Shown here one piece after another: positions 50,271 to 60,185 of a stretch of DNA of 64,000 nt; the stretch's first letter is position 1; each line of letters starts with the position of its first letter. Both the position numbers and the translations under genes were made by a program. A model generated the notes under the pieces. That model searched no databases, had not been told where the DNA came from, and was given only the letters and a program-made list of their open reading frames with translations. The DNA lies in the NCBI GenBank assembly GCA_964202905.1, contig CAXNJO010000001.1:320001-384000 (forward strand), read 5' to 3'. The stretch comes from Polyangiales bacterium (lineage in GTDB: Bacteria; Myxococcota_A; Polyangia; Polyangiales; JADJQN01).

Positions 50271-50388
50271 CGTCGGTCATCCTGCGGGCGCGCAGCGCGG
50301 CCGGTCCAGTTTGCGACGCAGGCCTCGCGGACGCGGGCGAGGCGCGCTTGACTCGCGCGGGCGTGCGTCCTACCGCACGCGGTTCCGC

Positions 50389-51000
50389 ATGCTGTTCCCG
50401 GTCCTCGTCGCCGCGGGCTCGGTCGCGCTCGGCGCGGCGCTCGCCGCCGTGCCCGGGGCGAGGCGCGCCCTCGGTCCGGTGCGCCTCGTCGTGCTCGCGC
50501 TCGCGCTCGGGGTCGCGGTGGTCTCGCTCGCGCCGGCCGCGTTCCGCGCGCTCGGACCGGTCGCGGTGCTCGGGGTGCTCGGGGGCCTGCTCGTTCCGTC
50601 GCTCACGGAGCGCGCGGCGGGGCGGGTGCTCGCGACGCGCGGCGCGGAGGGACGCCTCGCGTCGGCGGTGAGCTTCGCGGGGCTGCTCGCGCACCAGGTC
50701 GGCGACGGCATGGGCCTCTTCGCGGTGCAGGCCAGCATGGAGGTCGCGTTCGCGCTCGCGGCGCACACCGTGCCGATCAGCGCGGTCGTCGTGCTCGACG
50801 CGCTGCGGGCGGGCAGCGCACGCACGGCCGCGTGGCGGGCGCTCGCGCTCGCGCTCGCGACGGTGTTCGGCGTGGTCGTCGGCGGGGCGGTTCCAGGCGC
50901 GCTCGTCGCGCGCGTCGAGCCGTGGATCGGCGCGGTCGTCGCCGGGCTGCTCGTCCACGTCGTCGCGCACGAGGCCCGCCGCGCCTTGCCCCGCGCTTGA
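50389..51000 (+). CDS. Membrane protein, ZIP metal-transporter-like
   Basis: Many TM segments; ZIP-like 'LLAHQVGDGM' and 'LAAHTVP', plus 'LVHVVAHE'. Confidence 0.6.
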   Translation: MLFPVLVAAGSVALGAALAAVPGARRALGPVRLVVLALALGVAVVSLAPAAFRALGPVAVLGVLGGLLVPSLTERAAGRVLATRGAEGRLASAVSFAGLLAHQVGDGMGLFAVQASMEVAFALAAHTVPISAVVVLDALRAGSARTAAWRALALALATVFGVVVGGAVPGALVARVEPWIGAVVAGLLVHVVAHEARRALPRA

Positions 51001-51026
51001 CAGTCGCGGCCTCGACCCATAGAGAT
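50997..51026 (+). promoter_or_regulatory. Candidate sigma70-type promoter for hrcA-grpE-dnaK
   Basis: Perfect TTGACA at 50997-51002, then 17 nt, then TAGAGA(T). Confidence 0.45.
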
Positions 51027-51094
51027 CGCTCGTCCTTTCGGGGGCTTGCAGCCATTTCGGTGCAGCCGTCCGGCCGGGCGTCGATGGGGGCCCC

Positions 51095-52174
51095 GTGACG
51101 GCTGAGCTGGGCTACCGCGCACGCAAGATTCTCTACGCCGCGATCACCGAGTACATCGCGACGGGCGAGCCCGTGGGCTCGCGGACGCTCGCGCGGCGCT
51201 ACGGCCTCGCGCTCTCGCCGGCCACGATCCGCAACGAGCTCGCCGACCTCGAGGAGGCCGGCTACCTCGCGCAGCCGCACACGAGCGCGGGCCGCGTGCC
51301 GACGGATCGCGGCTTCCGCACCTTCGTGGACGCGCTCGTGCAGATCCGCGAGGTCACCTCCGAAGACCGCAGCGCCGTCGTCGCGCGCATGCACGCGCTC
51401 CGCCCCGGCGTCGACGACGTGATGCGCGAGGCCGGCAAGCTGCTCTCCTCGCTCACGGGCGCGGCGGCCGTCGTCGTGACGCCGCGACCCGACGAGGAGC
51501 GCCTCGCGCAGCTGCGCTTCATGCCGCTCGCGCCGGGCGAGCTCCTCGCGGTGCTCATCACGCGCTCGGGCACCGTGCAGAACCGCATCGTGCGCGTCGG
51601 GCGCGACCCGGACGCCCAGGAGCTCGAGCGCGTGCACAACTACCTCGCCGAGCTGCTCGCGGCGGGGCGCTCGCTCGAGGAGTTGCGCCAGGCGATCGCC
51701 GAGCAGATGGCCACCGAGCGCGGCCGCTACGACGTCGAGAAGCGCCGCGTGAAGGAGCTCGTCGACGCCGCCGCCCACCGTGGCCGCGACGACGCGCGGG
51801 AGGGCGTCATCGTCGAGGGACAGGGGCTCCTGCTCGATCGCCCCGAGTTCGCGGACGTCGAGAAGATCCGCGCGCTCGTGCGCACGTTCGAGGATAAAGA
51901 GCGCCTGCTCGAGCTGCTCGACCGCACGCTCGGCTCGGGCGGGCTGCAGGTCGTGATCGGCAAGGAGACGCAGCTCGGGGCGGGCGGCGACGACCTCTCC
52001 GTCGTGTCCGCGACGTACCGGCAGGCGGGCCTCGCGTCCGGCACCGTCGGCGTGATCGGGCCGACGCGCATGGACTACGCGAAGATCGTCCCGCTCGTCG
52101 GCTTCACCGCGCGCGTGGTCGGCGAGCTCCTCGACGGGGTCGAGGTGGGCAAGGCGGGCGAGGGCTCGCGCTGA
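51095..52174 (+). CDS. hrcA: Heat-inducible transcription repressor
   Basis: 'YIATGEPVGSRTL', 'SPATIRNELADLEEAGYLAQPHTSAGRVPTDRGFR', 'GVIGPTRMDY'. Confidence 0.96.
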   Translation: MTAELGYRARKILYAAITEYIATGEPVGSRTLARRYGLALSPATIRNELADLEEAGYLAQPHTSAGRVPTDRGFRTFVDALVQIREVTSEDRSAVVARMHALRPGVDDVMREAGKLLSSLTGAAAVVVTPRPDEERLAQLRFMPLAPGELLAVLITRSGTVQNRIVRVGRDPDAQELERVHNYLAELLAAGRSLEELRQAIAEQMATERGRYDVEKRRVKELVDAAAHRGRDDAREGVIVEGQGLLLDRPEFADVEKIRALVRTFEDKERLLELLDRTLGSGGLQVVIGKETQLGAGGDDLSVVSATYRQAGLASGTVGVIGPTRMDYAKIVPLVGFTARVVGELLDGVEVGKAGEGSR

Positions 52175-52304
52175 GGCAGCCGGTGCGCACCTCGGCCTCG
52201 TGCACAAACCTCCCCATCGGCGCAGCGCACGAGTTGTCGCGCGCGCCGCGCATGACTATCCTCCGCCGCGCGCGCCTTGGAGCGTGCTGTCGAGAGGACA
52301 CCAC

Positions 52305-52964
52305 GTGAGCGACACGAACGACATGGGCGACATGGGCGGCACGGCCGGCACGGCCGAGATGAACGGCACGGGCGAGACGGGCGGTCCGGGCCACACCACG
52401 GGGCCCGGCGAGCCGCGCTCCACGGACGGCGGCGCCCAGGCGATCGAGGCCATGGCGGCCGCGGAGCCCGAAGCCGCCCCGCCGGAGGCCGCCCCCAGCG
52501 ACCCGCTCGCGCAGATGACGGCCGAGCGCAACAAGCTGAAGGACCAGCTCCTGCGCACCGCGGCCGACTTCGACAACTACCGCAAGCGCGCGCGCAAGGA
52601 CGTCGAGGACGCCGCGCGCCGTGGCCGCGAGGACACGCTCCGCGAGCTGCTCCCGGTCGCCGACAACCTCGAGCGCGCGATCGCAGCGGGGGCCAACGCC
52701 CGCGAGATCGAGGGCGTCGTCGAGGGCGTGCGGATGGTGCACAAGCTCTTCATCGACAGCCTCGAGCGCATCGGCGTGTCGCGCGTGCCGAGCCTCGGCG
52801 AGCGCTTCGATCCGATGGTCCACGAGGCCATCCAGCAGGTCGAGACGGACGAGCATCCGCCCGGCACGGTCGTCGCCGAGCTGATGCCCGGCTACCGCCT
52901 CGGCGACAAGCTCGTGCGCGCCGCGATGGTGGCGGTCGCGAAAATGAAGACCGTCGTCAGCTGA
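52305..52964 (+). CDS. grpE: Nucleotide exchange factor GrpE
   Basis: '[13 protein letters not shown]', '[11 protein letters not shown]', 'FDPMVHEA', '[16 protein letters not shown]'; GAGAGGA RBS. Confidence 0.95.
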   Translation: MSDTNDMGDMGGTAGTAEMNGTGETGGPGHTTGPGEPRSTDGGAQAIEAMAAAEPEAAPPEAAPSDPLAQMTAERNKLKDQLLRTAADFDNYRKRARKDVEDAARRGREDTLRELLPVADNLERAIAAGANAREIEGVVEGVRMVHKLFIDSLERIGVSRVPSLGERFDPMVHEAIQQVETDEHPPGTVVAELMPGYRLGDKLVRAAMVAVAKMKTVVS

Positions 52965-53070
52965 TCGCGCCCGGGGGCGCGCGCGACGACCCGTCCGCGC
53001 GCCTTTTCTCCATGGCGCGCACGCATTCTCCGCCGCGCGTGCGGGGCGTTGTCGGTTATTCTCGCGCACC

Positions 53071-54897
53071 ATGAGCAAGGTGATCGGGATCGACCTCGGC
53101 ACGACCAACTCCTGCGTCGCGGTCATCGAGAACGGCGAGCCCGTCGTGATCGCCAACGCGGAGGGGAGCCGCACGACGCCCTCGATCGTCGGCTTCAGCC
53201 AGGGCGGCGAGCGCCTCGTCGGTCAGGTCGCGAAGCGCCAGGCCGTGACGAACCCGGAGCACACCGTGTTCGCGGTCAAGCGCCTGATGGGGCGGCCCTT
53301 CGACTCCGACGAGTCGCGCAAGCAGGCCAAGCACGCGAGCTACCGCATCGTGCAGGCGCTGAACGGCGACGCGTGGGTCGCCGCGCGCGGCAAGGAGTAC
53401 GCGCCGCCCGAGATCAGCGCGATGGTGCTCGAGAAGATGAAGCAGACGGCCGAGGCCTACCTCGGCCAGACCGTCACCGAGGCCGTCATCACGGTCCCCG
53501 CGTACTTCGACGACGCGCAGCGGCAGGCGACGCGCGACGCGGGTCGCATCGCGGGGCTCGAGATCAAGCGCATCCTCAACGAGCCGACGGCCGCGGCGCT
53601 CGCGTACGGCCTCGACAAGCGGGGCAAGGGCGGCGAGCGCATCGCCGTCTACGACCTCGGCGGCGGCACGTTCGACGTCTCGATCCTCGAGCTGAGCGGC
53701 ACGGGCGTGTTCCGCGTCGTCGCGACCGCGGGCGACACCTACCTCGGCGGTTCCGACTTCGATCAGGCCCTCGTGCAGCGGCTCGCGGACGGCTTCCAGA
53801 TCGAGCACGGCATCGACCTGATGGCCGATCGCATGGCGCTGCAGCGCCTGCACGAGCAGGCAGAGAAGGCGAAGCACGAGCTCTCCTCGTCGCTCGAGAC
53901 CGAGATCAACCTGCCCTTCATCGCGGCCGACGCGACGGGCCCGAAGCATCTCGTGATGACGATCCGGCGCAACGAGCTCGAGACGTTGGTCGAGTCGCTC
54001 GTCGAGCGCACGCTCGAGCCCTGCCGCAAGGCGCTCGCCGACGCGGGCCTGCAGGTCACCGACATCCACGAGGTCATCCTCGTCGGCGGCATGACGCGCA
54101 TGCCGCTCGTGCAGCGGCGCGTGCAGGAGTTCTTCGGCCGCACGCCGCACCGTGGCGTGAACCCCGACGAGGTCGTGGCCGCGGGCGCCGCGGTGCAGGC
54201 CGCAGCGATCACGGGCGAGCTCGACGAGGTGCTGCTCCTCGACGTCACGCCGCTCTCGCTCGGCGTCGAGGTCGGCGGCGGCGTGTTCTACCGGATCATC
54301 GAGCGCAACACGACGATCCCCACGCAAAAGAAGGAGATCTTCACGACCTCCATCGACGGCCAGTCCTTCGTGCCCATCCACGTGCTGCAGGGCGAGCGCG
54401 AGATGGCCGTGGACAACAAGACGCTCGCGAAGTTCGAGCTCGCGTCGATCCCCCCCGCGCCGCGCGGCGTGCCGCAGATCGAGGTGTCCTTCGAGATCGA
54501 CGCGAACGGCATCGTGAACGTGCGCGCGCGCGATCTCGGCACGGGGCGCGAGCAGTCGGTGAGCGTGGTCGCCGCGAGCGGCCTCACGCCGGACCAGATC
54601 GAGGCCTGCATCGCGGAGGCCGCGCGCTTCCACGCGGTCGACGAGCGGCGCAAGGAGCTCGCGGAGCTGCGCACGCAGGCCGAGGGCCTCCTCTACACGA
54701 GTGAGCGCGCCACCGAAGAGTGCAAGGATTTCGTCGACGCGGAGGTCATCGAGGGCGCGCGCGCGGCCGCGCAGGCGCTCCGCGCCACCCTCGAGGCCAA
54801 CGCCGACGCGCTCGCGATCAAGGACGGTCTGCACGCGCTCGAGGTCGCCGCGTACCGCATCGCCGAGGCGATGTACGGCACGCCCGCGTCCGGATGA
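53071..54897 (+). CDS. dnaK: Hsp70 chaperone DnaK (short C-terminus; possibly SglK-type paralogue)
   Basis: '[11 protein letters not shown]', 'TVPAYF', '[11 protein letters not shown]', '[11 protein letters not shown]'. Confidence 0.95.
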   Translation: MSKVIGIDLGTTNSCVAVIENGEPVVIANAEGSRTTPSIVGFSQGGERLVGQVAKRQAVTNPEHTVFAVKRLMGRPFDSDESRKQAKHASYRIVQALNGDAWVAARGKEYAPPEISAMVLEKMKQTAEAYLGQTVTEAVITVPAYFDDAQRQATRDAGRIAGLEIKRILNEPTAAALAYGLDKRGKGGERIAVYDLGGGTFDVSILELSGTGVFRVVATAGDTYLGGSDFDQALVQRLADGFQIEHGIDLMADRMALQRLHEQAEKAKHELSSSLETEINLPFIAADATGPKHLVMTIRRNELETLVESLVERTLEPCRKALADAGLQVTDIHEVILVGGMTRMPLVQRRVQEFFGRTPHRGVNPDEVVAAGAAVQAAAITGELDEVLLLDVTPLSLGVEVGGGVFYRIIERNTTIPTQKKEIFTTSIDGQSFVPIHVLQGEREMAVDNKTLAKFELASIPPAPRGVPQIEVSFEIDANGIVNVRARDLGTGREQSVSVVAASGLTPDQIEACIAEAARFHAVDERRKELAELRTQAEGLLYTSERATEECKDFVDAEVIEGARAAAQALRATLEANADALAIKDGLHALEVAAYRIAEAMYGTPASG

Positions 54898-54944
54898 GGC
54901 GCGTGTCGGCCTGACGTGATCAGCGCGATCCGGCGCGGACGCGA

Positions 54945-56066
54945 TCAGCGCGAACCGTCGCGCACATCGGGCGCGCGCCACGCGGGGAGCGGCGGGCCCA
55001 CCCACACGGGCTCGCGCTCGAGCACGACACCGAAGCGCTCGAACACGCCGGCGCGCACCTCGTCGGCGAGCGCGAGGAGCGCAGCCGCCGTCGCGCCCTC
55101 GTGGCAGACGAGCGCGAGCGCGTGCCGCGTCGAGAGCCCCACGGCGCCGCGGCGCAGACCACGCGAGAAGCCGCTCTGCTCGACGAGCCAGCCCGCGGCG
55201 AGTTTCGTGCGACCGTCCGGCTCGGGCCAGCGCGGGACGTCCTCCGCGCGCGCGACGCGACCGCTCTGCACCGCGAGCGCGACGACGCGCGCCGCGTGCG
55301 CCGCGTCGACGACGGGGTTCGTGAAGAACGAGCCCGCCGACCGCGCGTTCTCGTCGCGCGCGCCGAGGCCCGGCGCGTCGAGCACCATCGACTTCGCGCG
55401 GCGCAGCGCGAGCACCGTCTCCCGCACCCGCGCGAGCGGCGCCGGCCCCTTCCCGCCGAGCGCACGCGCGAGCTCGCCGTGACGCACGCCCGCCGAGTCC
55501 CCGCGTCGCAGCGCGAACGTGACCGCGACGACGGCGAGCGCGCCGGGCCGCTCCTTCAGCACGCTGTGCCGGTAGCGGAACCCGCACGCCGCCGCGTCGA
55601 GCGTGCGCACCGCGCCCGTCTCGAGGTCGAGCGCGCGCACCGAGACGATCGTGTCGGCGACCTCCTGCCCGTACGCGCCCACGTTCTGCACGGGCGTCGC
55701 GCCCGTCGAGCCGGGGATGCCCGCGAGCGCCTCGAGCCCCGCGAGCCCCTCGTCGCACGCCCGCGCGACGACGTCGTCCCACGGCTCGCCCGCTGCGACC
55801 TCCACCTCGACGCGCTCGCCCGCGGCACGCGCGCTGAACCCCCGCGACGCCACGCGCACGACGAGGCCGGGCACGCCCTCGTCCGCGACGATCACGTTGG
55901 AGCCGCCCCCGAGCAGCGTGACGGGGAGCCCGGCGCCCCGCGCGTACGCGAGGGCCGAGGCGAGCTCCGCCTCGCTGCGCGCCTCGCAGTAGTGCGCCGC
56001 GGGCCCGCCGAGACCGAGCGTCGTGCGCGGCGCGAGCGGCACACCGCGCAGGATCTCCGGCTCCAT
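54945..56066 (-). CDS. murB: UDP-N-acetylmuramate dehydrogenase
   Basis: 'LGGGSNV', 'GIPGSTGATPVQNVGAYG', 'FRYRHS', 'SAGSFFTNP', 'HALAL', 'LEREP'. Confidence 0.95.
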   Translation of the reverse strand: MEPEILRGVPLAPRTTLGLGGPAAHYCEARSEAELASALAYARGAGLPVTLLGGGSNVIVADEGVPGLVVRVASRGFSARAAGERVEVEVAAGEPWDDVVARACDEGLAGLEALAGIPGSTGATPVQNVGAYGQEVADTIVSVRALDLETGAVRTLDAAACGFRYRHSVLKERPGALAVVAVTFALRRGDSAGVRHGELARALGGKGPAPLARVRETVLALRRAKSMVLDAPGLGARDENARSAGSFFTNPVVDAAHAARVVALAVQSGRVARAEDVPRWPEPDGRTKLAAGWLVEQSGFSRGLRRGAVGLSTRHALALVCHEGATAAALLALADEVRAGVFERFGVVLEREPVWVGPPLPAWRAPDVRDGSR

Positions 56067-56089
56067 CGGGGGCACCGCGCCGGACGCGC

Positions 56090-56596
56090 TCAGGCCGGCC
56101 GCTGCGAGAGCGCGCCGAGGTAGTCGCGCTTGCCGAGCCCGACGCCGCCGTGGCGGAAGATCGCGTAGACGTGCCCGAGGTGGAAGTAGAAGTTCGGGAC
56201 GACGTGCTCGACGAAGTAGTCGTGCGCGGACATCACCTTGCCCGCCCAGCGGGGCTGCGTGACGGTGCGCTCGGCGAGGCCCTCGAAGTCCTGCGGGCCG
56301 AGCCCGTCGAGGTAGTCGAGGACGACCGCGATGCGCGCACGCAGCGCGTCGAGCGTCTGCTCGTCGTCGGCCTGCACGGGCGCCTCCTTGCCGGTCACGC
56401 GCGCGGCGCCGAACTTCGCCGTATCGCAAGCGATTTGCACCTGTTTCACGAGTGCGAATTGGTCGGGCGCGAGGCGCATCGTGAGGAACACGTTGGGATC
56501 GAAGCCGCGCCCCTGCGCCGAGGCCGCCGCCGCGTCGAACCACGTCGACATCTGGGCGAGCTGCTTCTTCATCTGGCGAAACATGTCGATGTACAT
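56090..56596 (-). CDS. DUF1993 family protein
   Basis: 'RLAPDQFALVKQVQIACD', 'PNFYFH...YAIFRHGGVGLGKRDYLG'. Confidence 0.88.
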   Translation of the reverse strand: MYIDMFRQMKKQLAQMSTWFDAAAASAQGRGFDPNVFLTMRLAPDQFALVKQVQIACDTAKFGAARVTGKEAPVQADDEQTLDALRARIAVVLDYLDGLGPQDFEGLAERTVTQPRWAGKVMSAHDYFVEHVVPNFYFHLGHVYAIFRHGGVGLGKRDYLGALSQRPA

Positions 56597-56656
56597 GCGC
56601 GCGATGCTACGCCGCGCGCGCGCACGTCTCCACCCCCGCGTGCTCGCCCGTCGCGC

Positions 56657-57964
56657 TCAGCGACGCGGCGTGATCGTGTGGACGCCGCCCATGTAGGGCA
56701 CGAGCGCCTCGGGGATCGTGACGGTGCCGTCCGGGCGTTGCCCCTGCTCGAGGATCGCGACGAGGGTGCGCCCGATCGCGAGCCCGGAGCCGTTGATCGT
56801 GTGGACCAGCTCGGGCTTGGCGCCCGCCTCGCGGCGGAAGCGGATCTTCGCGCGGCGCGCCTGGAAATCACCGAACCACGAGCACGACGAGATCTCGCGG
56901 TACGCGTCCTGGCCCGGCAGCCAGACCTCGAGGTCGAAGGTCTTGCGCGACGCGAAGCCGAGGTCGCCGGCGCACAGCTCGATGGTGCGGTGGTGCAGGC
57001 CGAGGCGCTGCAGGATGACCTCGGCGTGCGCCGTGAGCCGCTCGTGCTCGGCGAGCGCGGACTCCGGCGTGACGAAGCGGACGAGCTCGACCTTGTCGAA
57101 CTGGTGCTGCCGGATGAGCCCGCGCGTGTCGCGGCCGTGGCTGCCCGCCTCGCTGCGGAAGCACGCGGTGTACGCGGTGTACGCGACCGGCAGCGCTGCA
57201 CCCTCGAGGATCTCGTCGGCGTGCAGGTTCGTGACGGGCACCTCGGCCGTCGGCGCGAGGTAGAGCGTGCGCGCGCCCTCGCCCTCCTCGAAGCGCTCGA
57301 CCTTGAACATGTCCTTCGCAAACTTCGGCAGCTGCGAGGTGCCGCGCGCGGCGGTGTCTTTCACGAGGACGGGCGGCCAGATCTCCTCGTAGCCGTGCTC
57401 GTTCGAATGGATGTCGAGCATGAAGGCCATGAGCGCCCGCTCGAGCCGTGCGCCGTGGCCGCGCAGCACGGTGAAGCGCGTGCCGCTCAGCTTCACGCCC
57501 CGCTCGAAGTCGAGGATCCCGAGCGCCTCGCCGAGCGCGACGTGGTCGCGGACCGTGCCTTCGAGGACGGGCTTCTCGCCCCACACGCGCACGACGCGGT
57601 TGTCGTGCTCGGAGGTGCCGTCCGGCGCGGACTCGTGCGGCATGTTCGGGATGTGGAGCAGCTTGTCCTCGAGCTGCGCCTCGACCTCGGCGAGCTGCAC
57701 CTCGAGCACGCGCGTCTCCTCGCCGACCCGCTTCATCGCGTCGCGCGCCTCGAGGAACTCCGCGCCCTTCTTGTCGAGCTTCGCGAGCGAGGCGCTGACC
57801 TCGTTCTTGCGGGCACGCAGCGCGTCGAGCGAACCGATGAGGCTGCGGCGCGAGACGGCGAGCGACGCGACGTCGTCGAGGAGCGCCGCGGCCCCGGGGC
57901 CACGCCGCGCGAGGGCGGCGCGCACGTCGTCGAGGTGATCGGTCACGTAGCGGGCGTCGAGCAT
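56657..57964 (-). CDS. serS: Serine--tRNA ligase
   Basis: 'YLAPTAEVP', 'CFRSEAGSHGRDTRGLIRQHQFDKVE', 'EISSCS', 'NGSGLAIGR'. Confidence 0.97.
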   Translation of the reverse strand: MLDARYVTDHLDDVRAALARRGPGAAALLDDVASLAVSRRSLIGSLDALRARKNEVSASLAKLDKKGAEFLEARDAMKRVGEETRVLEVQLAEVEAQLEDKLLHIPNMPHESAPDGTSEHDNRVVRVWGEKPVLEGTVRDHVALGEALGILDFERGVKLSGTRFTVLRGHGARLERALMAFMLDIHSNEHGYEEIWPPVLVKDTAARGTSQLPKFAKDMFKVERFEEGEGARTLYLAPTAEVPVTNLHADEILEGAALPVAYTAYTACFRSEAGSHGRDTRGLIRQHQFDKVELVRFVTPESALAEHERLTAHAEVILQRLGLHHRTIELCAGDLGFASRKTFDLEVWLPGQDAYREISSCSWFGDFQARRAKIRFRREAGAKPELVHTINGSGLAIGRTLVAILEQGQRPDGTVTIPEALVPYMGGVHTITPRR

Positions 57965-58020
57965 CGGCGCGGTGTACCAGACACGCGGCAGTGGGCCAAT
58001 CGTGCTATCTGGCGCGGGCG

Positions 58021-58458
58021 ATGACGCTCTCGTCCGCCGGCCGCGCCACGGTGAAGCTCGGCCTCGGGTTGCTCGGCGTCGCGGCCTTCGGCGTCGTCGC
58101 GCACACGCTCGCGGCGCAGGGCCCCTCGAGCCCATGGTGGCTCGGTGTCCTCCCGGGCCCGGTCGCACAGCTCCGCGACACGAGCGCGCTCCTCGGCGTG
58201 CTGCTGCTCGCGGGCGCCCCCTACGTGAGCGCGCGCCCCGGCGAGCGCGAGCCGTTCGGGCTCGTCGGCGCGCTCTACGTGGGCACCGCCGTGGTGCTCG
58301 TCACCCTCGCGATCGGCGCGACGACGGGCATGTACGGCGTGCAGATCGAGGACCCGCGCCCCGCGAGCCGCTGGCTCTTCCGCGCGCGCACCGCGGGGGA
58401 GCTCGTGCTGGTCGGCGCGCTCGTCGCCTTCGCGCGGCGCGCGTGGAAGGCACGCTGA
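58021..58458 (+). CDS. Hypothetical membrane protein
   Basis: About four hydrophobic segments; 'GATTGMYGVQIEDPRP'. Confidence 0.6.
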   Translation: MTLSSAGRATVKLGLGLLGVAAFGVVAHTLAAQGPSSPWWLGVLPGPVAQLRDTSALLGVLLLAGAPYVSARPGEREPFGLVGALYVGTAVVLVTLAIGATTGMYGVQIEDPRPASRWLFRARTAGELVLVGALVAFARRAWKAR

Positions 58459-58464
58459 GCGCGC

Positions 58465-58486
58465 GGGACTGAACCGCGATTCAGTC
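58465..58486. repeat. Palindromic element GGGACTGAACCGCGATTCAGTC (copy 2)
   Basis: Perfect 7-bp stem GACTGAA/TTCAGTC; lies between convergent genes and overlaps the acyltransferase stop codon. Confidence 0.6.
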
Positions 58487-59164
58487 GTGCGCGGCGCTCC
58501 CCTCCCCCTCGTCGAGCGTGATCTCGCCCTGCAGCTCGGGGTACTTGCCCTTCATGCCCGCGTAGAACTTCCGGAGGTGCTCGAAGTCCGCGCGGATGTC
58601 GCCGGTCGGCCAGAACACCTCGCCGAGCCCGCCGACCTTGTTCCCGAAGTCGACGAAGCCGAGCACGATCGGCACCTTCGCCTCGAGCGCGATGTAATAG
58701 AAGCCCGTCTTCCAGCGCTTCGCGCGGCCGCGCGTGCCCTCGGGCGGGACCATCAACATCAGCTCGTCGCGGCCCTCGAAGAGCCTGGCGATGTTCTTCA
58801 CCGCGTCGGTGCGCACGCGCCGGTCGACGGGCACGCCGCCGATCGCGCGCATGAAGGTCCCGAGGGGCGGACTGAAGAGCGTGTGCTTGCCGACCCACGA
58901 GATCTTGATGTCGAGCACGAACGAGAGCGCGAGCGAGAACGGCAGGTCCCAGTTCGACGTGTGCGGCGCGGCGACGAGCACGGCCTTCTTCACGCCGGGC
59001 ACGCGCGGTTCGCAGCGCCATCCCGTGACCTTGAGCCAGGTGCGGCCGAGCGCGCCGAGGAAGCCGCCGCCGCGCTCGATGTACGGCGCGGTCGCGGGCG
59101 GCGGGCGCGCGGGTTCCGTCGGCGCTGCGGAGGGCTCGGGCGAGGCGTGGGGCTCGGTCGACAT
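58481..59164 (-). CDS. 1-acyl-sn-glycerol-3-phosphate acyltransferase (PlsC-like)
   Basis: 'APHTSNWD' (HxxxxD), 'GGVPVDR', 'PEGTR', 'WKTGFY'. Confidence 0.9.
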   Translation of the reverse strand: MSTEPHASPEPSAAPTEPARPPPATAPYIERGGGFLGALGRTWLKVTGWRCEPRVPGVKKAVLVAAPHTSNWDLPFSLALSFVLDIKISWVGKHTLFSPPLGTFMRAIGGVPVDRRVRTDAVKNIARLFEGRDELMLMVPPEGTRGRAKRWKTGFYYIALEAKVPIVLGFVDFGNKVGGLGEVFWPTGDIRADFEHLRKFYAGMKGKYPELQGEITLDEGEGSAAHD

Positions 59165-59242
59165 GGGCGCGAAGTAAATCCGAATGGCGCGTCTGCCGCC
59201 ACCCCTCTCGGTCCGCGCTCGGCTGCTATGGTCGCGCGCACC

Positions 59243-60136
59243 ATGCAGCGGCCCTTCGCCACCTTCCTCGTCTCCGCGCCCGATCAGCCGGGCCTCGTCG
59301 CGCGCTTCGCCGGCTTCTTCTACGAGCTCGGGGTCAACATCCTCGACTCGTCCAACCACGCCTCGCGCGACGAGAGCGACACGCGCCGCTTCTACATGCG
59401 CCTCGTCGTGGACCTCGACGGCCTCGCGAGCCCGCGCGCGCTCGCCGCGCTCGGCGAGTCGACCTCGCGGCGGACGCTCGAGCAGGCCTTCGGCAAGCTC
59501 GCGACGGAGCTCTCCGCGACGTGGAGCGTCGGCTACTCGGACGTCCCCGAGAAGATCGCGCTCCTCGTCACGAAGGAGAGCGCATGCCTCTACGACCTCG
59601 TGCTGCGGCAGCGGCAGGGCGAGCTGCCCTGCGAGATCGCGCTCATCGTCTCGAACCACCCCACGCTCGAGCCCGTGGCCGAGGGCTTCCGCCTGCCCTT
59701 CTACACGCTGCCCGTGACGGCCGAGACCAAGCGCGCGCAGGAGACGCAGCTGCTCGCGCTGCTGCGCAAACACCACGTCACGCTCGTCGTGCTCGCGCGC
59801 TACATGCAGGTGCTGTCGGACGCCTTCCTCGCGGAGGCGCCGCCGGTCATCAACATCCACCACGGCTTCCTCCCCGCTTTTCAAGGCGCGAAGCCCTACC
59901 ACCAGGCCTTCGCGCGCGGCGTGAAGCTCATCGGCGCGACGGCGCACTACGCGACGAAGGACCTCGACGAGGGCCCGATCCTCGAGCAGGACGTCGCGCG
60001 CGTGCACCACGGCATGGGCCCCGAAGACCTCGTGCGCGTCGGCCGCGACGTCGAGCGCGTCGTGCTCGCGCGCGCGGTGCGGGCCCACCTCGAGCGCCGC
60101 GTCATCGTCGAGGGGCGCCGCACGATCGTGCTCTGA
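59243..60136 (+). CDS. purU: Formyltetrahydrofolate deformylase
   Basis: ACT 'PDQPGLVA', 'VLARYMQVLS', 'INIHHGFLP', 'GVKLIGATAHY', 'DEGPILEQD'. Confidence 0.95.
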   Translation: MQRPFATFLVSAPDQPGLVARFAGFFYELGVNILDSSNHASRDESDTRRFYMRLVVDLDGLASPRALAALGESTSRRTLEQAFGKLATELSATWSVGYSDVPEKIALLVTKESACLYDLVLRQRQGELPCEIALIVSNHPTLEPVAEGFRLPFYTLPVTAETKRAQETQLLALLRKHHVTLVVLARYMQVLSDAFLAEAPPVINIHHGFLPAFQGAKPYHQAFARGVKLIGATAHYATKDLDEGPILEQDVARVHHGMGPEDLVRVGRDVERVVLARAVRAHLERRVIVEGRRTIVL

Positions 60137-60185
60137 TCGCCCCGTTTTTTTCGGCACTTCACGGCCCGTCAGGGCAGGCGGTGCC

